A stretch of DNA of 63,769 bases, filler included, from Octopus bimaculoides (GCF_001194135.2; 9 parts of 8 records of this genome joined end to end with filler, not necessarily neighbours in it); one strand, 5' to 3'; numbered from the whole stretch's first letter, positions 22,990 to 36,660 are shown. The notes: generated from the sequence alone by a model not told the origin. Program-made: numbers and translations.

Positions 22990-25055
22990 NNNNNNNNNNN
23001 NNNNNNNNNNNNNNNNNNNNNNNNNNNNNNNNNNNNNNNNNNNNNNNNNNNNNNNNNNNNNNNNNNNNNNNNNNNNNNNNNNNNNNNNNNNNNNNNNNNN
23101 NNNNNNNNNNNNNNNNNNNNNNNNNNNNNNNNNNNNNNNNNNNNNNNNNNNNNNNNNNNNNNNNNNNNNNNNNNNNNNNNNNNNNNNNNNNNNNNNNNNN
23201 NNNNNNNNNNNNNNNNNNNNNNNNNNNNNNNNNNNNNNNNNNNNNNNNNNNNNNNNNNNNNNNNNNNNNNNNNNNNNNNNNNNNNNNNNNNNNNNNNNNN
23301 NNNNNNNNNNNNNNNNNNNNNNNNNNNNNNNNNNNNNNNNNNNNNNNNNNNNNNNNNNNNNNNNNNNNNNNNNNNNNNNNNNNNNNNNNNNNNNNNNNNN
23401 NNNNNNNNNNNNNNNNNNNNNNNNNNNNNNNNNNNNNNNNNNNNNNNNNNNNNNNNNNNNNNNNNNNNNNNNNNNNNNNNNNNNNNNNNNNNNNNNNNNN
23501 NNNNNNNNNNNNNNNNNNNNNNNNNNNNNNNNNNNNNNNNNNNNNNNNNNNNNNNNNNNNNNNNNNNNNNNNNNNNNNNNNNNNNNNNNNNNNNNNNNNN
23601 NNNNNNNNNNNNNNNNNNNNNNNNNNNNNNNNNNNNNNNNNNNNNNNNNNNNNNNNNNNNNNNNNNNNNNNNNNNNNNNNNNNNNNNNNNNNNNNNNNNN
23701 NNNNNNNNNNNNNNNNNNNNNNNNNNNNNNNNNNNNNNNNNNNNNNNNNNNNNNNNNNNNNNNNNNNNCTATATAGATGCATCCTTGCATATGTAATCAC
23801 ATTTGTGTCTATGTGTTTATGTGCTTGCCTGTATACCTATCACACACGTAACCCTCTGCGTGTGTATGTGTGTGCGCGTGTGTGTATTGCGCGCGCGCGT
23901 GAGTGCGTGGTGTGTCTCTCTGCTTATTCATGTGTTTGTAACTTCAACAACCCCACCACTATCGTCACCACGACCACCAGAGGCTATTATTCCCTACTCC
24001 CTCCATGTCTCCCTTTCGCAACACTTCCGCTAACTACCCCCCCCCCCGCCATCCCTCATACACACATATAACAACCTCTACTCATCCTCGTTACTATGCG
24101 GAATCATTAGCATTTCCACACTTAGATTCCTTACAAATTCTTCCATAAACGCACACGTACATTACATACATAAATAGACATACACACATACATATATATA
24201 TATATACATACATTATACACATACGTACATACGTACGTATGCGCATGCACACACATGCATACATACGTACGTATGCGCATGCACACACATGCACACGCGC
24301 ACACACACATATATATACATGTATACACACATCGAGGTACATAGGCATACATATCTTTAAACATACGCTCATACACACGTGCACAAATGTATGTATGCAT
24401 ACATACATAATTATACATTCATGCACGTACATAAACATACATACCTATACACATACATACGCACATATATATATTTATACATACACACACATGTATATAT
24501 ATATATGCTTACATACCTACATCCACCCACCTACCCATCCATCCATCCATCCATACGTACATACATACATACACACATCGACCTCCAGCCAGTCTTTCCT
24601 CTCACTCTCAGGGATATTTTCTAATACATTTAATTACATTCAAATATCCATACAATCGCCTCCTCCACCTTTCCCTCATACTATGACCATCACCACCACC
24701 ACCACCACCAACCACCACCACAACCGCTCCGGCTCTTCTCTTTCCTCGCCTTGCAGCCATTATTAATTGTCTCTCCCAAATTGTTATAACCCTCGACATC
24801 AAAGATTAAATTTCCCATTAAGTAGCTCTTTATAATTACTTAAGTTGCAGCAAATACATTTAATACAACAAATAACTCAGTGAATTATTGGCCATCTCTA
24901 CAACTCTATCCACATTCTACATTTGCATTTACACACAAACAAACACACTTGAGCGTCTACATTCACGTATACAAGTCACACACACAAATGCACTGCACTT
25001 AACTGCCGTGCCCCTTCCTTCATCTCTCCCACGTAGTACTTAGAACATCCATACA

Positions 25056-25259
25056 TACGAAGGGGAACTGGAAAGTTCCTGGCTTTAAGAGTATCGCGAA
25101 AGGCCTGGCTGGAGGCCCAACCTTTCAAGTTCTTTTACATAGCCTAGAAAAACTAAAGGACTGCTGTAATAAGTGTGTGAATCTGAGAGGGGAAAATGGT
25201 GAATAAATTCATAATTAAGTGATCCTCCTGTATATTTTTACCCAAAGCACCCCTTCGTA
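25056..25259. mobile_element. Mariner-type MITE with TA ends
   Basis: Starts TACGAAGGGGAACTGGAAAGTTCCTGGCTT and ends AAGCACCCCTTCGTA (imperfect TIRs, right TIR internally deleted). Confidence 0.75.
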
Positions 25260-26172
25260 TATACTGTCGTTCATTAAACACACACACACATATATATACA
25301 CACATACACATGCACACAATCACACACAAATATTTGAGATATCATATTACATGTGTGTAAGGCGGTGAGCTGGCGGAATCGTTAGCGCAAAGAGCTTAAG
25401 AGTATTTCGTTCGTCAGTATATTCTGAGTTCAAATCCCACCGTAGTCAGCTTTAATTGTATGCATACACTACTGATTATTTTTTTTAAATATACACACCA
25501 TTAATGTATTGTTTACAAATGCACACACTCACAAATGCACACACACACACAGTATATTGTTTATATAATAATTTCATTGTTACGAACGCTGTTAATTAGT
25601 TGTGTATAAATACACAAACTGCTAATCTATCGTTTACACATACAATTTACACATACAGTTTACACATACACAAACTACTGATAGATTGTGCATACATACA
25701 CATACCAGCAACGAATTGATTGTAAACGTACGCGTCATTAATATATTGTTAATAAATAAAACAAACACACCGATTAATCATGCATATACACAATTAACAC
25801 ATTGTACAAACACTACTGGTAGATCGTGTAAACACAGAGTATATTTGTACATCGCTTTCACGTATAAACGATTGCACTTTTGAAGTTTCGTTGACTTTTA
25901 TCAGAAGGAAAACAATATTAGCGTAAAATTAAAAGAAAAAAATGAAGAAATTAAGAAACAAGGAAAAACAAAAAAATAAAAAGAAATGAAGAGAAAGGAT
26001 TTAATGGAATGAAAGGAGGTAATCGAAGTTAGAGCGTAGCTAAGCTGTGTGGTTAAGGTGTTCGCTTTGCATCCCGTTTAGCTCCAGGTTCGATCCCACG
26101 GCGTGACAACAGGCTGATTATTGAAACTAGTCACAGAATAAAGGCGGTAGAAATAATCGCCGTGCCAAATGG

Positions 26173-26203
<31 letters not shown>

Positions 26204-26385
26204 ATAATAATAATAATTCTGTCCACGATAGGCACAAAGCCCTGAATTTGTGGGGAGGAGGCCAGCCGTTTATATCGAACCCCTACCGTCCAGTACTCAT
26301 GTAGTACTAATTTAATCTGCTAGTTCTCCGCCTAACTAACATCAGCAATAAAGAAGAAGAAGAAGAAGAAGAAGAAGAAGAAGAA

Positions 26386-26416
<31 letters not shown>

Positions 26417-26453
26417 GAAGAGGAGAAGAAGAAGAAAAAGAAAAAGAAGAAGA

Positions 26454-26531
<78 letters not shown>

Positions 26532-27796
26532 AATGGGATGATGAAGAGAAAAAGAAAGCAAAGGTAGATTGAAAATTATTGCGAGAAAAACAAATGTTTT
26601 AAGAAAAGATTTATACAAAATAATTAAAAGCCAGCAAATGACAATTACTTTAGAAAAATCAGTGGAGAGAAAATGGTCTGCGATGCGATAAGAAAACGTC
26701 GTGATTTGTCGCTAAAGTTTCCCTCTTGCACGCAGATATTATCAGTGATTTGTACTTTATTTGAGCAGTTGAAATAAAATATCAAAAATTTATTGAATGT
26801 GGGGAAGAAATGAAGCAATGAAACGGAAGTTGTAAATAGCTGCGGACAAATGAGATGATATCTGGACAATTATGTTGGGAACTAAGTAGTTAGCCAAACA
26901 ATCAGAAAGCTTAAAAGAATACACAAGCATGAAAAACATAAACGAAATGCAAACAATATTAATATGGTAATGCCGAAAGGAAGTAATACTAATATTGTAA
27001 TGTTGAGAGAAAAATAATAAGCGACAAACTCAACAAAAAAAAACAAAAAAAAACGACGAGTTGTTGATGAATAGAATAATAGCTAACAAAAGATGGCTAC
27101 GGTAGCATTGAAATTGATCAATACATCAACATGAGCAATATAAGAGAATAACTCCAACAACTGGGAGATGAAGTACTTAAAGAAATTACAATGGTTGGAT
27201 GGAGAAGAGAAGGACGGGAGGGGAATGGAGGAAAAAAACGTCTTGTGAAGAACATGATTAAATGGAAGGAACGGATGATAACTATATCTGGTTTGTAAGG
27301 GAAATCCTCCACTAAGAATCAGTTGTATCTGGCGAACTGTCTGCATGATTACGGAAAAAAAGAACGGAAAGAATAGAAGAAAAAAATATGATTGGGAAAT
27401 ATTTGTAAGGAAATGAATATGTTTCAGATGTGTTTAAGACTGACGGACAAATGCTGAAAGACAACTGAAACGTAAGTGAAATGAATCCAACGGCAGACAA
27501 TACGATGTACAGAAGAAAGGTTAGAGTGATCAAGGAAAAGTTAAGACAATTGATTAGCGACATTGTCACAGAGAATAAGGAAAAAACAAACAAAAAAACA
27601 TGAAATCCTGGGCTTTTATGATTATATGAAGTCAAAGTCCTGCTAAAAGATACAGAATAAATAAGCAAAGATATAATAGAACCACAATATGAATAAAAGA
27701 AAAAAAAAAACAAAGAAAAAAAACTCAAAGTCTCTCGTTCAAATATTAAACAGAAAACATTGTATAAATAAAACAACGGGCGATATAGGGTGGTGG

Positions 27797-28035
27797 AGGC
27801 GCGTGACTTAGTGGTTAGGGTGTTGGTCTCGTGATCGTAGAATTGTGGTTTCGATTCCTGGACCGGGCGACGTGTTGTGCTCTTGAGCAAAACACTCCAT
27901 TTCTCGTTGCTCCAGTTCGCTCGGCCAGCAAAAATGAGTTAATCCTGCGACGGACTGGCGTCCCGTTCAGGTGGTGAATATAAACGCCATTGGAACCGGG
28001 AAACCGGCGTCCCTTATCAGTCAGCATGATTCAAG
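27797..28035 (+). mobile_element. tRNA-derived SINE with V-SINE-like core
   Basis: Head TTAGTGGTTAGGGTGTTGG...GGTTTCGATTCCTGG, then CTTGAGCAAAACACT...CTGCGACGGACTGGCGTCCCGTTCAGG. A degenerate sister copy lies at about 50195-50380. Confidence 0.7.
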
Positions 28036-28559
28036 AAGGAAACATCTATTTATTTTATTGGATAATTCCTGACTTAAATTAGATCAAAATAAACTAGATT
28101 TAGAGTCTGACAAAGGAATAGATACAATGGAAGATGACAGATGAGAGATATCAGGCACCAGCCAATAGGGAGAAGACAGACGTTCGGCGGTAGCTAACAG
28201 ACAACAAGTGTTTAAAAACATATAACGAACGATGAATGGCAGACGAAAAATGTTTACACAATAGAGAGCAGACAATGGATGGAGCATGGCAGACGACAGA
28301 AATCATCTGTCAACGATATAACGACAGATAACTGACAACTGGAGAGTGAGAACAGTCGACAAATGGCGGATGTAATGAAATCGTGGATGATTATGGTTGA
28401 CAGTCAAAAACGAAGTTGAAGTGAAGAATGATGACGATAACGACGACGATGGCGATGATGATGATGATGATGATGGTGATATTAATGGCGTGATGAAAAT
28501 GGAAACGATGTACGAAATCTTTGCTAAAAGGATCCAATAATAATAATAATAATGATTTT

Positions 28560-28760
28560 AAATTTTGGCTCAAGGACAGCAATTTCGGGGGTCTATTATG
28601 CTGATTCCAGTGCCCGACTGGTTACTTATTTCACAGATCACGAAAGGACGAAAGGCAGAGTCGATCCCGGTGCAATTTAAACTCAAAACGTAAAGACGGA
28701 AGACAATGCCGATAAGCATTTCGCCCGGTGTGCTAACGTTTCTGCCAGCTCGCCGCCTTA
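28560..28760 (-). mobile_element. SINE family B
   Basis: The rc begins GGCGGCGAGCTGGCAGAAACGTTAGCACACCGGGCGAAATGCTT. Confidence 0.8.
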
Positions 28761-28774
28761 ATAATAATAATAAT

Positions 28775-28824
<50 letters not shown>

Positions 28825-28832
28825 TGATGATG

Positions 28833-28887
<55 letters not shown>

Positions 28888-28888
28888 C

Positions 28889-28921
<33 letters not shown>

Positions 28922-28952
28922 TAATAATAATAATAATAATTATAATAATAAT

Positions 28953-29042
<90 letters not shown>

Positions 29043-29088
29043 TAATAATAATAATAATAATAATGATAATAATAATAATAATAATAAA
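28760..29088. repeat. (AAT)n trinucleotide array, about 330 bp
   Basis: Seen directly; starts about 10 bp into the intron after the 29098 donor. Confidence 0.95.
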
Positions 29089-29097
29089 ACGCCGTAC

Positions 29098-29287
29098 CAA
29101 AGTAATCTTCCTGAAATGATTCTTCGAATTTACGGTAACCAGGGATGACTTTTTCCAAACACTTGACGCTTAGGGATGCGATTGCCATAGCCCCTTGAAA
29201 CCATCCTCTTCCGCGCCACAACACCCAAGGAAACGGCCACTGGCACGTGCCGCCGACACCTGTGAACGTGGGATTTTCATCGATTTC
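29098..29287 (-). CDS. Calpain-like protein exon (CysPc domain IIa, active-site Cys region; Cys replaced by Gly)
   Basis: Acceptor tttgcattacAG and donor G|GTACGG; 190 bp, phase 0 to 1. Translates EIDENPTFTGVGGTCQWPFPWVLWRGRGWFQGAMAIASLSVKCLEKVIPGYRKFEESFQEDYF(G). This aligns with the calpain segment E..NP.F..DG....D..QG.LGDCW.LAA.ASL......L.RV.P....F...YAG and joins the 18041 exon in frame. Confidence 0.9.
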
Positions 29288-29329
29288 CTGTAATGCAAAT
29301 AAAACAACTCGAATCAATGATGGTTGTGC

Positions 29330-29374
<45 letters not shown>

Positions 29375-29575
29375 CCAGGACAACGAAGACGACGATGATG
29401 ATGTTGATGATGACGATATCGACAATGAAGATGATTATGATGGAAAAGGGATTATGAATATGATGGTAACGATGACGACGACGCCGATGACGTTGATGAT
29501 GGTGATAATGATGATGATGACGAAGATGATGACGAAGATGATGATGATGATAATGACGATGATGATGACCACTTA
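29330..29575. repeat. (GAT)/(GAC)n trinucleotide array
   Basis: Seen directly; lies about 40 bp upstream (in the gene's sense) of the 29287 acceptor. Confidence 0.9.
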
Positions 29576-29834
29576 TTTCAGTGGTCTCTTTTTTTACCGA
29601 ACCGCTAAGTTAAACACACCAAAATCGGGTGCCAAGCGATGGTGGGAAGATACAGACATAAATAATATATACGACAGGCTTCTTTCAGTTTCCTTCTACC
29701 AAATCCAACCACGAGGCTTTGGTCAGCTCGTGGCTATAGTAGAGGACACTTGATCAAGGTGCCACGCAGTGGGACTGAACCCTGAACCATGTGGTTGGGA
29801 AGCAAGCTTCTTCTCACACTGCCACTCCTGCGCC
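29575..29834 (-). mobile_element. SINE family A
   Basis: Reverse complement of the 2272 and 19681 copies; the plus strand ends ...GCCACTCCTGCGCCT. Confidence 0.85.
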
Positions 29835-31073
29835 TTTGTTTCTATTTCCGTTTTACGATAAGAATTTTATGATTTTAGGTTCTTTTTATCTAATTCTTTT
29901 TATAATAACATAATGATTCCTAATCATAACTGCGTACCTACTTTTGCCCACCCCTGTATATAATAGCCATGAAACAAAAACCACATTTCCCCATTCATTA
30001 CAGCCACCAATCACTACGAAAACAGCTCATTTGTCGGCGGCCATTGTACTACAGCTTCTTTCATCTGAAACAGCCTATAGCCGTTTCCTTTCGCTGACTA
30101 AAGCAACTTGGAAAAGTTTCGCAAAAGTTGAAAACCTGGGAAGATGCACAACTTGCCACCAGCCATTTTACATCTTCATCTGTTATAGCTGCCAGCCATT
30201 CTACATGTTATGTACGCCATGTATCTATAATTAAAGCTTCTTCACTTGTTACGAACTCAACTACGAAAGGAATTTTGCATTCAGTTAGTCTTACATGATG
30301 CCCATGCTTAGCCGAACGAGCGTTCCCAGTTACTGAAAGTATGGTTCTTAGGGTTTTACTGCAGCAAAATTATCCGTTGCTTGACAACCGCAGTTGGTTT
30401 GTTTACGTCTCCGAAACTTAGCGGTTCGGCAAAAGAGACCTATAAAACTAGTATGAGGCTTAAATAAAATAAGCACTGAGTTAGATTAGCCTGACTAAAC
30501 CCCTTCAGGGTGATGCCCCTGCTTGGCCGCACTGCAAAACTGTAACAAGTAGAAGAACATTGTATATTTTCATTCCCCTGGTTCCACACTTTTACAAGAC
30601 TTTTGCTGCTCTCATTCGTTTATCTTCCATTATGATATTTCTTGATATCTCGCTATAATTTTTTAAGTAATGTTTCAAAGATTTTATTCCAATGGAATTG
30701 CATTTTTGCAACGAAATGAATCCCTTTTTATTAGAATCAATTTGTTAAAAAAAAAAAAAAAAATTTTAGTTCTTGATTTTTCCAAAATCTTTCAATTTCT
30801 TGACATTATTATATCAGCTGACAAATGCTACTTTTTCTTTAATTTTTTTTGTTCTCTTTTCCACAGAATAAAGCTGGTTGTTTTATTGTCAATTCTTTGG
30901 TTAAATTTTCATTTTAGATATAAAATAGATTTTTATTTAGCAACAAAAAAAGGAAAAACAGAAAGAAAATAATCCAATATTAAATATATAAAAGATCAAA
31001 TCTAGAAAGGAAAAAGAACAGAACTACGTCACCAAAGAAACGAAGAAAAGGAAAAGAGGGGACAACAGAAGAT

Positions 31074-31110
<37 letters not shown>

Positions 31111-32327
31111 GAAGAGGAGGAGGAGGAGATAGGTATATATATTATTACATATATTTTTGTCGCCGATGTTTTCATCGCGTGGGTGAAAGTTGACATTGTC
31201 TTGAATTCCTCTTCACTAGGAATTGCTATAGAGACAAAATAAATCCCCTCTTGACGTGTGGTACACCGTATACCTGTTCAGGCAACGTCGATTTGATGGA
31301 GAGAGTGAGTTAATGTACGGCACGAACATTTGATCATTATAAGCAAATCATTTGTGCAGGTCATTTGGCAAAAAGATTGAACGCTCATACATCGTCTTCT
31401 ACGAGGGAGTCCATCATTAAAAAAATGTTAAAATAGTATATCGTAGAAGCATAAGCAATTTTTTGCAGATAAATTTCAACAAAAAAGCCTTATATGAACC
31501 CCCTATGCGTACATGGGCTCCGTTTGAGAACCACTGCTATTCTAGTGTAGGGGCTAACAGCGACACACTTTGTTTACACATTGCTTTGTGCTGTTTTAAA
31601 AGGTGGCGTAGAATGTCCTGTTAGGACACATAGCAGAGAATGGGATAAAAATATTTCTTGATTTTGATGATGGCTCGAATGACGCGTGTATTTTTTTTTT
31701 TTTTTTAACTTTCTAAAGAAACCACATCCCATTTAGGTTGGATGTGCTAATTAATATTCACTACAATGTCTGATTCTCTCGCTAATGGCTAAACGCATCA
31801 GATTTTATTTTTGTTCCAATGACCGAGATGTAATCCTTTGTATTGAAACATTTTCATTGTGTTTTGAGATAACATCCGCCATAAGTGTTTTGTTTCTGGT
31901 GCATTCATTGAAACCAATGAAAGCAACAGAAAACGATTACCTTTGTGCCATCGGCACTTCTTAACTTTCTGTGGTTATTCTGAAATACAGTTGCTTATGT
32001 ATTTTAGTTTTCTTTTGGCTTATCCCAACCGTGCCCACCACCCATCACCCATCATTAGTTCATTGCTCTCTTAGCAGAGGAATAAATTTTTATACCAATG
32101 GATATTAAATGAATCCTAACACAGTTTACTTCATTTGTGTAGTCCCACCACGGGGTTTTATTGTGTAGTAAGATATCAGACATATGGGTATGACTGTTAT
32201 ACGCGCGTGCACGTGATTACGTTTTGGTAAATAATTTTTGGCGTTGGAAGGATTCTATTCTGTATAGTGACAGAGTGAAGCATCCGCCACGAAAGAATAG
32301 AGATACATCTATATAGACAGACGAGGT

Positions 32328-32402
<75 letters not shown>

Positions 32403-33078
32403 TACATACACACACACACATATATATATATATATATTATTTCTTTACTACCCACAAGGGGCTACACACAGAGGGGCCAAACAAAGACAGACAAACGGAT
32501 TAAGTCGATTATATCGACCCCAGTGCGTAACTGGTACTTATTTNNNNNNNNNNNNNNNNNNNNNNNNNNNNNNNNNNNNNNNNNNNNNNNNNNNNNNNNN
32601 NNNNNNNNNNNNNNNNNNNNNNNNNNNNNNNNNNNNNNNNNNNNNNNNNNNNNNNNNNNNNNNNNNNNNNNNNNNNNNNNNNNNNNNNNNNNNNNNNNNN
32701 NNNNNNNNNNNNNNNNNNNNNNNNNNNNNNNNNNNNNNNNNNNNNNNNNNNNNNNNNNNNNNNNNNNNNNNNNNNNNNNNNNNNNNNNNNNNNNNNNNNN
32801 NNNNNNNNNNNNNNNNNNNNNNNNNNNNNNNNNNNNNNNNNNNNNNNNNNNNNNNNNNNNNNNNNNNNNNNNNNNNNNNNNNNNNNNNNNNNNNNNNNNN
32901 NNNNNNNNNNNNNNNNNNNNNNNNNNNNNNNNNNNNNNNNNNNNNNNNNNNNNNNNNNNNNNNNNNNNNNNNNNNNNNNNNNNNNNNNNNNNNNNNNNNN
33001 NNNAAAAAATCATGTAATGCGATATCCAGTAGAGCGAACAATAATGACAAAAATATAAAAACTAAAAGAACGTAAAGC

Positions 33079-33144
<66 letters not shown>

Positions 33145-33639
33145 TATTATTATTATTATTATTATTATAAAGATTGCTTGAATAATAATAATAGTAAAAA
33201 TTGAAAATATGTCTAATAATTGAAAAGAAAATAATCTGCGAGTGGTCGCCTCACATCCGGTCAGGTGATCAAAGTTAATTACTTGAGGAAACAAAGGCGA
33301 GCAAAGGCAGCAACCAATTAAAAGCAACCGTTAAAAAGAGCGAAGCAAACAAGTGAGAATGATGAAAAGCGCGAAAGGCAACGTCATGATAATAATGTCT
33401 ACAAAAGAATAACGACCACGTCTTCTCCAATAAGCAACAGAATCGTCGACGAGAAGACAGGATTACAAAAACAAAATTAACAATAACAATAACGACAGAA
33501 TTGGAAAAGTTAAGATCAGCAATGATAGCAAAAAACAGCCGATAATAATGGACGTATAATAAAAGAAAAACAAACGAAAACAGTTATTTCGATTATCGAT
33601 GGGAAGAACCATTCATCGTTTGCTTGTTTCAGTCATTGG

Positions 33640-33950
33640 ACTCCGGCCACGCTGGGGCACGGACTTGATGGGTTTTAATTGAACAAATCAACTCCCGTTG
33701 TTTTTTTTGGAGTTTTTTTTTTAAAGATTTTCTACTGGAGGCACAAGGCTTCAGATTTGGAGTGAGGGAACTAGTCCATTATATCGCCCCCCCCCAGTGT
33801 TTCACTGGTACTTAATTTATCGACCCCCCCCTTAAAGGATGAAAGGCAAAATCAACCTTGGTGGAATTTGAACTTAGAACGTAGCGACGGGCGAAATACC
33901 GCCAAGCATTTCATCCAGCGTGCTAACGAAACTGCCAGCTCGCCGCCCTC
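33640..33950 (-). mobile_element. SINE family B
   Basis: The rc contains GGCGGCGAGCTGGCAG..CGTTAGCACGCTGGATGAAATGCTT...GAGTTCAAATTCC-like sequence and GGTCGATAAATTAAGTACCAGT. Confidence 0.8.
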
Positions 33951-34138
33951 TTTTTTTAAAGCCTAATACTTATTCTATCGGTTTCTTTTTGTCGAAACAT
34001 TGTGTCCAATATCGGCAGATATCGCATATTGCATTTAATGATGTAACGCTTCCTTCCTAGTATATTCAAACGTATAACTATTCATACACACGCACGCACA
34101 CGAACACGCATATACTTCCATGCATTATATACAATCAT

Positions 34139-34169
<31 letters not shown>

Positions 34170-34369
34170 AACATGCATACATACACACACACGTTTTCAT
34201 TAACCTTTAAGGAAACGTAAATTACATATGCTATACACGTTCCGAACCTCCTTATGTTATCATTCCTCCGCAGAAAAATAACTTTGCCAATGGAAAGGAA
34301 AGTAAACTGCAAACAACTACAATGATCTCTACTTCGACTCTACCCCTCTCTCTCTCTCTTTCGCACGCA

Positions 34370-34400
<31 letters not shown>

Positions 34401-34557
34401 AGAATTCCCCCCACCCTCTCTCTCTCACCAATACAGCAGCCATATTAAAAGTCAGAACATTTTATGAAGATGAAGTAGTTTGTGTCTGTAAGAATCATGG
34501 AGCGCTTTCTGAATTTTATTATTTGTTTCTCGTCTGTTGACATTTTCACAAACACAC

Positions 34558-34622
<65 letters not shown>

Positions 34623-34624
34623 AC

Positions 34625-34795
<171 letters not shown>

Positions 34796-34895
34796 NNNNN
34801 NNNNNNNNNNNNNNNNNNNNNNNNNNNNNNNNNNNNNNNTTAATTAATTAANNNNNNNNNNNNNNNNNNNNNNNNNNNNNNNNNNNNNNNNNNNN
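34796..34895. other. Artificial assembly spacer
   Basis: 44N-TTAATTAATTAA-44N. Confidence 0.95.
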
Positions 34896-34908
34896 GCTAC
34901 TTGTTTGC

Positions 34909-35003
<95 letters not shown>

Positions 35004-35069
35004 GTGGTTGTTGTTGTTGTTGTCGTCGTTGCTGTTACTGTTGTTGTTTGCCAAAGTTTTAGCTGTATA

Positions 35070-36110
35070 AAAAAATAGGACAGAGGGTGACTCAGTGAGA
35101 AACTTAGAAGAGGCGCTTAGGAAAGGCTTTGCAACTGATGTGCTGGCATCGAGGTGGCCTTCGGTCAACACTTCAACACCAAGCACGAAGGATGCATCGT
35201 CAGACCTAATGCACATGCTTTGAGGCCAGAGGGAACCAAAGCTGCCTGATGGGCTCGGGTTGCGGTGATGCCAAATTGCAACAAAAACATCATCCGCTCT
35301 TTGCTGGACCCAAATGAGCTCACGGTAAACGATACTGGAGCAGACGTGTGCGAATTTTCAGCGGCATTTTGCCGGCTTTCGGGCTGTGGGCTATGGATGA
35401 CGTCCAGAAATGACTGGCCTAGCAGTGCAACCAGGGAGCACTACAGACTCGGGAGTGCCATCAACCTAACCTGCCCGATGTGCGCAGAGCGATAGAACCA
35501 TTCTCAACGCTCTCGTTAAATGCTTGAAATACGGATTTATGTCGAACCCCTGCTATTATGTATAGCACGTGTCCGCTTGTCGGCTGATTCCTTCATGAGG
35601 ATTGCCCCGCAGCCTTCCTTTGAACGGCAGGTGGGGGGGGCAATTTCGTGGCTGTAGCGAAAGGGGTTGTGTAATGGTTTAGACTGAAATGGCTGAAGAT
35701 AGACACTTTTTTCTTTGGCCTATTCCTCATAAACTTTTTCAGATCCCAAAGATACCATCTGAAAAGGAAAGTGAACGTTGAAAGAGAAGTGCTGACTTCC
35801 AGCCATTTGTTGAAAGGTGGGTGAATGTGTCGAAGTTGGCCCATGTCAACGGGCCTATCTTGAGCATGCGCTTCTGGGATTCCCAAGCTGAGAGAGAGAG
35901 AGAGTGGAAGGTGTGGAGAGGGCCCTTGCCCTAGTGGTTGGAGCGTTTGTAGGCCTGAGTTGTTTGCCTCTCTTAGTTATTTTCTTTGTTCTATTTTTCA
36001 TTTTTATCGACATTTTACACGATACTTTAAGCAACCCCACTTTGTCCTTCATGTTTTGTAATGTCCAGTCTTATTTCTGTCAGCCCTTGTGGCTAAAAAA
36101 ATTATCATCA
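35070..36110 (+). mobile_element. Degraded L1/Tx1-like LINE 3' end
   Basis: With frameshifts and stops it reads LA(W)QCNQGAL...RLGSAINLTCPMCAQSDRTILNALVKC (zinc-knuckle CxxC...HxxxxC-like), then KRKVNVEREV...ERWVNVSKLAHVNG, a 3'UTR and a microsatellite tail. Confidence 0.6.
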
Positions 36111-36339
36111 TCATCATCATCATCATTATTATGAAAGCAGCCAGCTGGAAGTATCGGGGGAAATGCATAGCGGTATTTCATATGTCTTCAGGTTCTGACT
36201 TCAAATTCTGCGAATGTTGAATTTGACTTTCATCATTTCTGACCTTTTGCCTTCATTAGACAGAATTATAATCATCATCATTAATATTATCATTGTTGTT
36301 GTTGTTGTGGTTGTTGTTGCTCTTGTTGTCCTTGTTATT

Positions 36340-36660
36340 GTTATCATTTTCATATACACTCAACAAATTAGGCTGTCGGAAAACAAAAATCATACCAACA
36401 TTGGCCTACTACAAGTAAAGTTACATGCCAAGAACCCTCCTAAGCATCCTAGCTCTCCCTAATAACACTGTTTTCTGGAGCTGTGCTAAACTGGGTTTTA
36501 TGCCTATTTCCTTTATCCAACTGCTCAGATCTTTACCGATAGTTCCCAATGCACCTATAAATATTTTGATACAATTTACCCGCTCCTTGAATAGTCTTTG
36601 CAATTCAATAGTTAGAAAAATCACTGTCCAAACGAAACCAAGAGGAAAAGAGAATGATGT
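36340..36660 (-). mobile_element. RLE-type LINE 3' remnant
   Basis: IGALGTIGKDLSSWIKEIGIKPSLAQLQKTVLLGRARMLRRVLGM*. Confidence 0.85.
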
